Assembly (NCBI GenBank): GCA_035390665.1 | Contig: DAOOUC010000008.1 | Span: 1 to 27,165 of the forward strand | Length of the DNA: 27,165 nucleotides | From: an archaeon | Lineage (GTDB): Archaea > Iainarchaeota > Iainarchaeia > Iainarchaeales > CSSED10-239 | Direction: 5' to 3' | Shown: one piece after another, positions 15,863 through 24,781 of the stretch | Layout of the letters: every line of letters starts with the position of its first letter | Numbering within the stretch: position 1 is the stretch's first letter | Notes under the pieces: generated by a model | What the model was told of the DNA's origin: nothing | Database searches by the model: none | Seen by the model: the letters and a program-made list of their open reading frames with translations, nothing else | Position numbers and translations under genes: made by a program

Positions 15863-17494
15863 TTCTTTCTTAATATATTCTATTGCTTCTTCTGTTGTTT
15901 TAAAAATTTGTTTTTTAGAAATTAGTTCTGACATCTCGTAATCTTCTTCAAATGTTTTTTTAACTTGTGGACTAAGGCTTGTTAGAATAACTGTGCTTTT
16001 TAATCTTTTTTGTCTGTCTTTAATAAATATTTTTAATCTTTCAAGTCCTGTTGAATCAATAAAGGGAACAAACTTAAATCTTAAAATTATTATTTGACTG
16101 TGGTTTTGTAAATGTTCATCAATCTTTGTTTCAAATACATTAATTACTCCAAAGAATAATGGACCATAGATTGTATATATTTGAACCTTGTCTTTTAATC
16201 TCTTGTCTTTGTCTATTTCTTTCTTGTAGTGCGTGTCTTCTTCGCTATTTTCTAGATTCTTAATGTCTGTAATCTTTACTAATTTAACAAATAACAAAAG
16301 CATTGCAAGAACCATTCCGACTTGTATTGCAAATACTAAGTCTGTTATTACTGTTAAAATTAATGTTGTTAAATAAACCATTACTTCTAATCTTCCAAGT
16401 CTAAATATTGTCTTTGCTTCTGCAATATTTACCATTCTAAAAGAAACAACCATTAATATTCCCGCTAAAAATGCTTTTGGAATCAAGTCTGTATAGCTTC
16501 CAAAGAATAACAGAATCAATAACAGAATTAATGATTGATAGATTGCAGCCATCTTTGTTTTTGCGCCTTCTTTAATATTAACTGCAGAACGGGCAATTGC
16601 TGCAGTTGCTGGAATCCCCCCAAAGAAAGGAACAACTATATTAGCTATTCCTTGTCCAAATAGTTCTTTGTTACTATTGTGCTTTGTACTTGTAATACTG
16701 TCACAAACTGCTGCACATAAAAGAGATTCTATTGCGCCAAGTAAGGCAATGGTTAAGGCCGCAGGAAGAACATGTATTACTAAACTTAAATTAATATTAA
16801 ATAAACTTGGAAGAGGAAAACTTGCACTCATTTTTCCAACTGTTGGAACAGTTACTCCAAGTATTACAATTGTTACTGACAATAATAAAGCAATGATTGA
16901 TGCAGGGATATTTTTTATATAGTTTGTCTTTGATAATAATTTTGGCAAAAATACCATACCTAAAATAGTTAATATCCCTATTATCAAAGCAAAAAGATTA
17001 ATTAAAGAAATTTGAGAAAAAGTAGACATTAAATTTTCTAAAGTTGTGCCTTGTGTTGCTAAAGTTATTCCTAAAAAATTTGGCACTTGCCCTAAAAAGA
17101 TTATGATTCCAATTCCTGCAGTAAAACCACTAATTACAGGAAAAGGAATATATTTTAGAACAATTCCAAGTTTTAAATAACTGAATAATAATAAAATTAT
17201 TCCTGACAAGAAACCTGCAAGTAGCAATCCTTCTATTCCAAATTTCTGAACTGTTGAAAGAACAATGACTGTCATTGCTCCTGTTGGCCCAGTTATTGAA
17301 AATGTAGAGCCTCCAAAGATTGCAGCTAAAATCCCTGCAATTATTGCTGTGTACATTCCCATTATTGGGTTAACACCTGAAGCAATTGCAAAAGCAATAG
17401 CTAAAGGTAAAGCTACAATTGCAGTTATAAAACCAGCCTTAAGGTCTGGAATAAAATTAGTTTTGAAATATTTATCTACTGTTGGATTACTCAT
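15854..17494 (-). CDS. SulP family anion transporter with C-terminal STAS domain
   Basis: FIPDLKAGFITAIVALPLAIAFAIASGVNPIMGMYTAIIAG, FGGSTFSITGPTGAM, FFGGIPATAAIARSAVNIKEGAKT; STAS region IIILRFKFVPFIDSTGLERL. Start trimmed to the ATG at 17492-17494. Confidence 0.93.
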   Translation of the reverse strand: MSNPTVDKYFKTNFIPDLKAGFITAIVALPLAIAFAIASGVNPIMGMYTAIIAGILAAIFGGSTFSITGPTGAMTVIVLSTVQKFGIEGLLLAGFLSGIILLLFSYLKLGIVLKYIPFPVISGFTAGIGIIIFLGQVPNFLGITLATQGTTLENLMSTFSQISLINLFALIIGILTILGMVFLPKLLSKTNYIKNIPASIIALLLSVTIVILGVTVPTVGKMSASFPLPSLFNINLSLVIHVLPAALTIALLGAIESLLCAAVCDSITSTKHNSNKELFGQGIANIVVPFFGGIPATAAIARSAVNIKEGAKTKMAAIYQSLILLLILLFFGSYTDLIPKAFLAGILMVVSFRMVNIAEAKTIFRLGRLEVMVYLTTLILTVITDLVFAIQVGMVLAMLLLFVKLVKITDIKNLENSEEDTHYKKEIDKDKRLKDKVQIYTIYGPLFFGVINVFETKIDEHLQNHSQIIILRFKFVPFIDSTGLERLKIFIKDRQKRLKSTVILTSLSPQVKKTFEEDYEMSELISKKQIFKTTEEAIEYIKKELI

Positions 17495-17514
17495 GTTATG
17501 CGCCAATGTTATTA

Positions 17515-17585
17515 AGCCTTGGCAGGGAGTCGAACCCCGTTATTTCGCTCTGCAGGCGAACGCATGACCGTTTTGCTACCAAGGC
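17515..17585 (-). tRNA. tRNA-Cys (GCA anticodon)
   Basis: RC: GCCTTGG TA GCAAAACGGTCATGC G TTCGC CTGCAGA GCGAA ATAA CGGGG TTCGACT CCCTG CCAAGGC T. Full arms; discriminator U73 as expected for tRNA-Cys; no encoded CCA. Confidence 0.92.
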
Positions 17586-17660
17586 AAATTAATTCTAATA
17601 TATAATTATGAACAAATATGTTTTTAAAAGGAACAACTTTTTATAAGAAGTTGGTTACAT

Positions 17661-18875
17661 ATGTTATATATGAAAATTGCAATTATTAGTGATTGGCATC
17701 TTGGCTATGATTTTGAGGGCGAACTTAAAGACGATAGTTTTGATAATCTTTTTTGTGCTTTTAAACAAATTGAAGAACAGAATGTAGATTTAATACTTGC
17801 TCCTGGAGATCTTTTCGATATTTCTATTCCTAGTCAAGATATTATGTTTAAAGCCATTAATCTTTTAAATGAAATAAATATTTCAAATAATCTTAATATT
17901 AATAACAATCTTGGGAAGAAACTTAAAATACCAATGCTTGCAATTGTTGGGAATCACGAATATCGTGGTAAAGATTATGTTAGTACTGTTGAACTTTTAG
18001 AGTCTATTGGCTTTCTTAGAAATCTAAAAGCAGATTCTTTTATTTTTGAAAATGAAAAAGTCGCGATATTTGGAATGACTGGGATTCCTGAAAAATATGC
18101 TTTACAATATTTAAAGGAAAGGTTTAATCCTGTGCCAAAAGTTGGATACTTCAATATCTTGATGCTTCATCAATCAATAAAGGAATATCTTCCATTTGAA
18201 GACGAGATGGTTGCGTCCATTTCTCTTGGGGATTTGCCAAGTGGTTTTAATATAATTATTAATGGGCACCTTCATTGGTCAAGTGTTGTTGACCTCCCAC
18301 AAGGCCCAAGATTTCTTCTTCCAGGTTCAACTGTGACTACACAAGTTAAAAAGAAAGAAACAGAAAAACCAAAAGGTTATTTTATTCTTGATACTGATAA
18401 ATCAAAAGAAGAACAACTTGAGTTTTTTGAAATCAAAGGCATCAGACAAACTCATTATCTTGACATTAAATTTCAAAAACAAAATATAAATGCAATTCGT
18501 GAAAAAATAATTTCCGAAATTGAAACTTTAGAAAAAAATTCAGAAAAAAAAGCAATTGTTAGAATTAGGTTAAAGGGAGAACTTGAAGATGGAGAGTTTC
18601 TTAAAAACCTTAACCTTAATGACATTAAGAAAAAATATTTAGATTATTTTTATGTCTCTTTAAAAAATGAAATCGAAGAAAAGAAACTTAAAGAATCAAT
18701 TGAGCAACTCAAGAAACTACAAACAGAAAATAAAAACTCGAAAGACTTGGCAAAAGACATCTTCTTTGAACAGATTGAGCAAACTAAGATATCTAAAGAC
18801 TTTGATTATAAGCGCATTTACGAGCTTCTAGATAATGGAGAGGTGGTAAAAGCAAAAGAGATTTTAAATAATTAA
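17661..18875 (+). CDS. mre11: DNA double-strand break repair nuclease Mre11-like
   Basis: Calcineurin-like phosphoesterase motifs SDWHLGY, LAPGDLFD, VGNHEYRG, INGHLHWS, and a C-terminal helical region. Confidence 0.85.
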   Translation: MLYMKIAIISDWHLGYDFEGELKDDSFDNLFCAFKQIEEQNVDLILAPGDLFDISIPSQDIMFKAINLLNEINISNNLNINNNLGKKLKIPMLAIVGNHEYRGKDYVSTVELLESIGFLRNLKADSFIFENEKVAIFGMTGIPEKYALQYLKERFNPVPKVGYFNILMLHQSIKEYLPFEDEMVASISLGDLPSGFNIIINGHLHWSSVVDLPQGPRFLLPGSTVTTQVKKKETEKPKGYFILDTDKSKEEQLEFFEIKGIRQTHYLDIKFQKQNINAIREKIISEIETLEKNSEKKAIVRIRLKGELEDGEFLKNLNLNDIKKKYLDYFYVSLKNEIEEKKLKESIEQLKKLQTENKNSKDLAKDIFFEQIEQTKISKDFDYKRIYELLDNGEVVKAKEILNN

Positions 18876-18884
18876 AACAAAACC

Positions 18885-18894
18885 TATATATATA
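18885..18894 (+). promoter_or_regulatory. Candidate TATA box for the ArsR/iscS/iscU operon
   Basis: tatatatat located about 22-31 nt before the ATG at 18916, consistent with a leaderless archaeal transcript. Weak because of the AT-rich background. Confidence 0.35.
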
Positions 18895-18915
18895 TGTTTG
18901 ATTATATAATTATAT

Positions 18916-19224
18916 ATGAAATGCTTATCATATAACTTCTTTTCTGTTATTGGAAATCAATTGAGATGGAAGATAATTAAAAAACTTTACAAAAGCGACA
19001 TGACTGTTTCTGAAATCTGTGTTTCTCTTGAAGAAGAACAATCAAAAGTCAGTCATAGCCTAAAAGTCTTACTTGATTGTAATGTTGTTTTTTCAAGAAG
19101 GGATGGAAAGAATGTAATTTATTCTCTTAATAAGAAAACAATTAAACCTCTTGTTAAAATTGTAAACCAGCACACAAAAGATTTCTGTAAAAACAAATGC
19201 TGTAAAAAAGAGGTAAAGAAATGA
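18916..19224 (+). CDS. ArsR-family winged-HTH transcriptional regulator
   Basis: IGNQLRWKIIKKLYKSDMTVSEICVSLEEEQSKVSHSLKVLLDCNVVFSRRDGKNVIYSL, ArsR-type wHTH; C-terminal Cys cluster DFCKNKCCKK. Confidence 0.85.
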   Translation: MKCLSYNFFSVIGNQLRWKIIKKLYKSDMTVSEICVSLEEEQSKVSHSLKVLLDCNVVFSRRDGKNVIYSLNKKTIKPLVKIVNQHTKDFCKNKCCKKEVKK

Positions 19225-20372
19225 ACTCAATATATCTTGATAATGCTGCAACAACAAAGATGCACTCATTAGTAAAGGCTGCAATGATTGAAGCAGAAGA
19301 AAAATATTTTGGAAATTCTTCTAGTCTTCACGGAGTTGGTAGAGCTGCAAAAACGGAACTTGATAAAGCAAGAGAAAATATTTCTAAAAAAGTTTCAAAC
19401 AAAAACCACAAACTAATATTTACTTCTGGTGGAACAGAGAGTAATAACTTTGCAATCAAGGGACTAGCAGAAGCCAACAAAAACAAGAAACACATAATCA
19501 CAACAAAGATTGAACACGATTGTGTGCTTAACACAACTAAGTTTTTAGAAAAGAGTGGATACTCTGTTACTTATCTTGATGTTGATAATAATGGGTTTGT
19601 AAACTTAGAACAACTTGAGAAATCAATTACTAAAGACACACTTTTAGTTTCTGTGATTCACGGAAACAATGAGATTGGAACTGTGCAAGACCTAAGAGAG
19701 ATTGGTAAAATTGTTCATGAAAAAAATAGTTTATTTCATACAGACGCTTGTCAAAGTTTTACTAAAGTTCCAATTGATCTTGAAAAAGACAACATTGATC
19801 TTTTAACAATTAATGCTCACAAGATTTATGGGCCTAAAGGTGTTGGAGGATTATTTATTAAAGAAGGAATAAAATTAGAGCCTCTTTTACATGGAGGAGG
19901 ACACGAATATAAACTTAGAAGTGGAACTGTTAATGTTCCTGGAATTATTGGTTTTTCAAAAGCCACCGAAATTATTGGAGAGAAAGAAATAGAACATATG
20001 ACTACTCTTAGAAATCAACTTGTTAATGGTTTAAAGGATGTTGAGGATTCTTGGTTAAATGGAGCAAGTTTAGATTGTGGAAAAAGACTTTGCAATAATG
20101 CAAACATTAGTTTTATGTATGCCGAAGGAGAAGCAATACTTCTTTATCTTGATGCTCTTGGGATTTCTGTTTCTACAGGTTCAGCATGTTCGTCTAATAC
20201 TCTTGAACCAAGTCATGTTCTAAAAGCTATTGGCTTAAAACAAGAGCAAACACACGGAACAGTAAGATTTTCTGTTGGTATTGATAACACTAAAGAAGAA
20301 ATTAAATACACAATAGATTCAGTAAAAGATACAATTGAAAAACTAAGAAAAATGTGTCCTTATAAATATTAA
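19221..20372 (+). CDS. iscS: Cysteine desulfurase (IscS/NifS family)
   Basis: YLDNAATTKMH, SGGTESNNFAIKG, HTDACQSFTK, NAHKIYGPKGVGGL (PLP Lys), SGTVNVPGIIG, STGSACSS (catalytic Cys). Confidence 0.95.
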   Translation: MNSIYLDNAATTKMHSLVKAAMIEAEEKYFGNSSSLHGVGRAAKTELDKARENISKKVSNKNHKLIFTSGGTESNNFAIKGLAEANKNKKHIITTKIEHDCVLNTTKFLEKSGYSVTYLDVDNNGFVNLEQLEKSITKDTLLVSVIHGNNEIGTVQDLREIGKIVHEKNSLFHTDACQSFTKVPIDLEKDNIDLLTINAHKIYGPKGVGGLFIKEGIKLEPLLHGGGHEYKLRSGTVNVPGIIGFSKATEIIGEKEIEHMTTLRNQLVNGLKDVEDSWLNGASLDCGKRLCNNANISFMYAEGEAILLYLDALGISVSTGSACSSNTLEPSHVLKAIGLKQEQTHGTVRFSVGIDNTKEEIKYTIDSVKDTIEKLRKMCPYKY

Positions 20373-20858
20373 ATGGTTGAAAAAATGGAAGAATATTCAA
20401 AAAAAGTTATTGAAAATTTCATGAGTCCAAAAAATATGGGCGAAATTGAAAATGCAGATGGCGTGGGTAAAGTTGGTAATCCTAAGTGTGGGGACATCAT
20501 GTGGATATACATTAAAGTTTCAAAGAACGACAAGGGAGAAGAAATTATTGAAGATATAAAATTTAAAACACTTGGTTGTGCTGCAGCAATTGCAACTTCT
20601 TCTATGGTAACTGAACTTGCTAAAGGAAAAACATTAACACAAGCTTTTAATATCACAAGAGGGGATGTTGCTAATTCTCTTGATGGGCTTCCACCAATAA
20701 AGATGCATTGCTCTAATTTAGCCGCAGATGGCTTACAAGAAGCAATTAATGATTATTATAAAAAACAAGGGCGAGAAATCTTGAAGATAATACACAACGA
20801 TAACTGTTCTTGTTGTAATAAAGAAAAAAACTGTAATAAAAAAGGAGGTAATATATGA
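20373..20858 (+). CDS. iscU: IscU-type Fe-S scaffold protein with Cys-rich C-terminal extension
   Basis: GNPKCGDIMWIYIKV, IKFKTLGCAAAIATSSMVTEL, KMHCSNLAADGLQEAI; extra tail NDNCSCCNKEKNCNKKGG. Confidence 0.93.
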   Translation: MVEKMEEYSKKVIENFMSPKNMGEIENADGVGKVGNPKCGDIMWIYIKVSKNDKGEEIIEDIKFKTLGCAAAIATSSMVTELAKGKTLTQAFNITRGDVANSLDGLPPIKMHCSNLAADGLQEAINDYYKKQGREILKIIHNDNCSCCNKEKNCNKKGGNI

Positions 20859-21103
20859 AAGTAGATAAACACACAAAATTAGGAAAAATAATGAAAATGA
20901 AAGGAATGGAAAAAATTTTAACAAAATACAATGTTCCTTGTGTAAGTTGCCCTATGGCAAAAATGGAAATGGATTCCTTAGAGCTTGGTTATGTTTGTAA
21001 AATTTATGGACTTCCAGAAAAAGAAATAATACTTGAGATAAACAAAATTCTTAAAAAGAAAGACAAAGCAGAAAAACCAAAAAAGAAAATAAAACTAATC
21101 TAA
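20855..21103 (+). CDS. DUF1858-like small protein
   Basis: 82 aa: KVDKHTKLGKIMKMKGMEKILTKYNVPCVSCPMAKMEMDSLELGYVCKIYGL resembles the DUF1858 CxxC pattern. Confidence 0.7.
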   Translation: MKVDKHTKLGKIMKMKGMEKILTKYNVPCVSCPMAKMEMDSLELGYVCKIYGLPEKEIILEINKILKKKDKAEKPKKKIKLI

Positions 21104-21411
21104 ATTATAGATATTATTTTGCCCAAAATCGCAGTTAATAAATTAGCAATTGCTGAAATTAGGATTGCTTTTTTATAATCTATTTCAAATAACCACTTTA
21201 TTAAAAATATTTCAACTATAAAAACACTAAATTCGATAATTATTAAATTACCTGTTTGTTTATAAAAAATTGTTGCGATTGGATGAGTCACACAATTAAT
21301 TAAAATTGCATAAAATACAATATCTAAAATTGGTCTCTTTATAAAAAATAAGTGCGTCGTAAATTCTAAAACAATTGTTATTACTAAACTAAAAAGATAT
21401 GGCAGGGTCAT
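21100..21411 (-). CDS. Hypothetical small membrane protein
   Basis: 103 aa, several hydrophobic segments; start overlaps the stop of the upstream secreted-protein gene. Confidence 0.6.
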   Translation of the reverse strand: MTLPYLFSLVITIVLEFTTHLFFIKRPILDIVFYAILINCVTHPIATIFYKQTGNLIIIEFSVFIVEIFLIKWLFEIDYKKAILISAIANLLTAILGKIISII

Positions 21412-22127
21412 AAATTTTTCTTTTTGTTTTTCCTTATAATCAAAATTATTGAAATTATAATGATTGCAATTAAAGAGATTATAACTACAAAATATCTATT
21501 TTTTGCTAAACTATTTGAGGTTATTTCTATTGGAATTATACTATTTTTTATCTCTTCTGATGCGGCATATTTAGAAATTGGCCTGCTTTCGTTAGTGTAT
21601 GGAATTTCTTCACTAATTCCATTTGTATATGTGTAAATGATTTTTACTTTTTGGAAATTAGATGCAGAATCTCTAAAATTTGGGAGTGCCATTACATCTA
21701 CAACTTTAACTATTGGGTTTTCTTCTTTTACAGTAATCATTGGATGATAATTAAGATCTTTACAAATAAAATTATTATCAGACATATTTGAATTTAACCA
21801 TTGCCTATCACTTTTAGAAATTTGTGTTCTATAATTTGTATCTAATAATGTAATTGGAACTTTATTTTTCTCTATTACACAAACTTTAAAATTACAAAAT
21901 TTATACATTCCATAACAACCATCTGGATCATTTAATAAATAGGTTGTAGGGATAGTAGTATCACAAACCGCGAAAAGACCATAATCTTGATAATCGCTCA
22001 GATTATTAAATTTAATACAGTATTTTATAGATTTATATCCTTCTGGTATAAAGTCTGCAAATATATTTGGAACAAATAATACAAGCAAAATTAAAATTAG
22101 TTTACAAAAATAAATATTTTTTTTCAT
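21408..22127 (-). CDS. Hypothetical secreted protein with N-terminal signal and C-terminal TM anchor
   Basis: KLILILLVLFVPNIFADF signal-like N-terminus; extracellular region with 8 Cys; C-terminal FVVIISLIAIIIISIILIIRKNKKKN anchor. Confidence 0.65.
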   Translation of the reverse strand: MKKNIYFCKLILILLVLFVPNIFADFIPEGYKSIKYCIKFNNLSDYQDYGLFAVCDTTIPTTYLLNDPDGCYGMYKFCNFKVCVIEKNKVPITLLDTNYRTQISKSDRQWLNSNMSDNNFICKDLNYHPMITVKEENPIVKVVDVMALPNFRDSASNFQKVKIIYTYTNGISEEIPYTNESRPISKYAASEEIKNSIIPIEITSNSLAKNRYFVVIISLIAIIIISIILIIRKNKKKNL

Positions 22128-22176
22128 AAATATATTAAAAACGAACAATTTATAAAACCCTTTTGTTAAAATGATT

Positions 22177-22497
22177 TTAATCTTCTACAAATATTTTTTT
22201 TGTGCCTTCTCTTGTAGCTGCTATTCTTTCTAGATTTGCTTGATATTCTGCAAGAAGAGTTTTTTCTTTTTTTGTTAAACCATATTTCACTTGTTTTTGA
22301 TGTAATTTATTAATCTTTCTAACAAGTGCTTTTATTACCGCATCTATCTTTCCGCCATTATGAACCATTCTTTTTGTAATTGTTGGAGATATGTTTGCTT
22401 TTTTATTTTTTGAAACCACAATTTGTCTTTCAATAACTGGTTTAGGAATTAACATTTTTTGTTTTGGTTTAAATAAATTCCGTAATACTCTTAACAT
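22177..22497 (-). CDS. Hypothetical protein, basic
   Basis: Intact ORF just downstream of acdA on the same strand; no recognised family. Confidence 0.45.
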   Translation of the reverse strand: MLRVLRNLFKPKQKMLIPKPVIERQIVVSKNKKANISPTITKRMVHNGGKIDAVIKALVRKINKLHQKQVKYGLTKKEKTLLAEYQANLERIAATREGTKKIFVED

Positions 22498-22502
22498 AAA
22501 AA

Positions 22503-23846
22503 TCACTTTAATAATCTAAGAATGTCGCTTAAATCTTTAGGATCTCTAAAACACAAAACTTTCCTTTTCTCAAACTCTTTTACTTGTTCTTCTGTTTTGA
22601 TTCCACCAATTGTTAGAATAAAAACCGGTTTCTTATTTTTGTTCTTTATCTCTGCAATTTCTTTTGGAATTTCTTTAGAGAGGCTTGGTAGTTGTAAAAG
22701 CATTAAAACTACAATTGCATTTGTGTTTTTGTCTTTCAAGCAAAGATTAATGATATCATTAAATCTTTTATTGTCTGCATCTCCAGTTAGATCAACGGGA
22801 TTACCAATAGTTGCATAGATAGGAACTTTATTTTTTATTTCTGCTTTTGTGTTTTCTGTAATTTGGCTTAAATTTATTTTCTCTAACTCTAATTGGTCAG
22901 TGGTTAATACTCCAAATCCACCACCATTTGTTATTATCTGAATATTCTTTATTTTATCTTCTTTATACCATGAATAAAACTTAGAAAGATTAAACAGTTC
23001 TCTTATTGTAAAAACTTGAAATGCTCCAGCTTGCTTGATTGCAGTAGAAAAAACTTTTGAGGAACCAGCAATTGCGGCAGTATGGCTTTTTACTGCATTT
23101 GTTCCTTTGTCCGTTACTCCGCCTTTAAGTATTATTACTTTTTTGGTTTTAGAAACTTTTTTTAAAATATTAAAAAACTTTTCTCCATCTTTTACCCCTT
23201 CGATATAACAAAGAATAATGTCTGTGGTTTTGTCTTTTTGAAAATATTCTAAAAGATCTGATTCATCAATATCTAAAGCATTACCATAAGATACAAACTT
23301 ATTAATATCTAGTTGTTCTTTACTTGCTAAATCTAATATTGCAAGACCTAAAGCGCCAGATTGAGTAATTATTGAAACTTTTCCTGGTTTAGGGAGATCA
23401 TATTTTTCTCTAGAATTAAATGTTGCATCTAATCCATTTGTAAGATTAAGAATTCCAAGACAATTTGGACCAATAAGATTTATTTTTTCTTTAGTTATTA
23501 ATTTTTTTATTTTTTCTGTAAGATCTGTTCTTCCAATTTCTGAAAAACCAGAAGTAATCATTAAAATATTTTTACATTTTGTTTTTGCAATTTCTTTAAC
23601 AACATCATAAGTTATTGCTGCTGGGGTTGCAATAACAGCTAAATCTATGTTTTCTTTAATATCTGTTACACTTTTAAAAACTTGTTTACCAAGCAGCTTT
23701 TTTCCAGAAAGTCTTGGATTAACAAAAAAAACTTTGCCCTTATAATGGTTAAGATTATTTGAAATGGTGTTACCCACACTTCCCTTATTATCTGATGCTC
23801 CAATCAAACACACATTTTTTGGTGTAAAAAAAGATTCAATAGTCAT
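22503..23846 (-). CDS. acdA: Acetyl-CoA synthetase (ADP-forming), alpha subunit
   Basis: SFFTPKNVCLIGASDNKGSVGNTI (CoA-binding), ITQSGALGLAILDLA, GNALDIDESDLLEYF, KSHTAAIAGS (phospho-His region). Start trimmed to the ATG at 23844-23846. Confidence 0.88.
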   Translation of the reverse strand: MTIESFFTPKNVCLIGASDNKGSVGNTISNNLNHYKGKVFFVNPRLSGKKLLGKQVFKSVTDIKENIDLAVIATPAAITYDVVKEIAKTKCKNILMITSGFSEIGRTDLTEKIKKLITKEKINLIGPNCLGILNLTNGLDATFNSREKYDLPKPGKVSIITQSGALGLAILDLASKEQLDINKFVSYGNALDIDESDLLEYFQKDKTTDIILCYIEGVKDGEKFFNILKKVSKTKKVIILKGGVTDKGTNAVKSHTAAIAGSSKVFSTAIKQAGAFQVFTIRELFNLSKFYSWYKEDKIKNIQIITNGGGFGVLTTDQLELEKINLSQITENTKAEIKNKVPIYATIGNPVDLTGDADNKRFNDIINLCLKDKNTNAIVVLMLLQLPSLSKEIPKEIAEIKNKNKKPVFILTIGGIKTEEQVKEFEKRKVLCFRDPKDLSDILRLLK

Positions 23847-23933
23847 AATTATTCGTTTTTCCTCTAATAATATATTAAAAAATAAATATATAATGCTTTC
23901 TTTCTTATGTTTTATTGTAAGAGGCATAAAAAT

Positions 23934-24230
23934 ATGGGAAAACATTCTAAATCAATTGTAAGAATTCCTGGTTTTAGAAAACCAAAAATTATAGAATTCA
24001 AATCCACAAAATCTAATATTAAAAAAGTAATTTCTGAAAGTAGAGGAAACCCTGAAAGACTTATTGCAAATATCGGACATCTGGAAGTTTCTGAATTTTT
24101 TAAAATCATTACAAATAACCCTAAATATGAAAGAGTCATGAAATTTTTTGGAAAAACAAAAATGAGCGATTTTTTAAAAAATAATAGAGAATTGTTTTTA
24201 GAAATATTAGCAAAAGAAATATATAAGTGA
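23934..24230 (+). CDS. Hypothetical protein
   Basis: Intact ORF upstream of porG, divergent from acdA; no recognised family. Confidence 0.5.
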   Translation: MGKHSKSIVRIPGFRKPKIIEFKSTKSNIKKVISESRGNPERLIANIGHLEVSEFFKIITNNPKYERVMKFFGKTKMSDFLKNNRELFLEILAKEIYK

Positions 24231-24236
24231 TAAAAT

Positions 24237-24776
24237 ATGAATAATGTAGAAATTATTGTTTATGGAAGAGGGGGATTAGGTGCAAAAACTTGTGCTCAAG
24301 TTATTGCTGAGTCTGCATTATTAGCAGGAAAAGAAATACAAGCCTTTCCAGAGTATGGCCCAGAAAGAAGGGGTGCCCCTGTTAGGGCTTTTGTTAGAGT
24401 CTCTGATAAACCTATAAGAACAAGTTCAACTATAACTAATCCTTCTTTTGTTATAGTTATTGATCCTGGGCTTTTTTCTGTAATGCCTGAACTAAACAAC
24501 CATGTTTGCCCAATAATTGTAAATACAAACAAAGACAAGAAAGAATTTAAGGTTAAGACAAAAGACCTTTATTTGATTGATGCAAGTAAAATTTCTTTAG
24601 AACAATTAAAATCAAATAATCCAAATATGGTTTTAATCGGTGTGTTATTAAAACTTACAAATATAATTAAATTTGAGGATGTAAAAAAAGTAATCGAAGA
24701 AGAATTTACAAAGAAAAATAAAAAAGAATTAATAGAACCAAACATTGCTTGCCTAAAAGCCGGAATGAAAATGTGA
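24237..24776 (+). CDS. porG: Pyruvate:ferredoxin oxidoreductase gamma subunit
   Basis: GRGGLGAKTCAQVIAESALLAGKEIQAFPEYGPERRGAPVRAFVRVSDKPI signature. Confidence 0.95.
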   Translation: MNNVEIIVYGRGGLGAKTCAQVIAESALLAGKEIQAFPEYGPERRGAPVRAFVRVSDKPIRTSSTITNPSFVIVIDPGLFSVMPELNNHVCPIIVNTNKDKKEFKVKTKDLYLIDASKISLEQLKSNNPNMVLIGVLLKLTNIIKFEDVKKVIEEEFTKKNKKELIEPNIACLKAGMKM

Positions 24777-24781
24777 AATTT

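Noticed and set aside
17634-17653. Small hairpin caactt...aagttg upstream of mre11
   Set aside because: 6-bp stem with an 8-nt loop in AT-rich DNA; too weak and likely to occur by chance.
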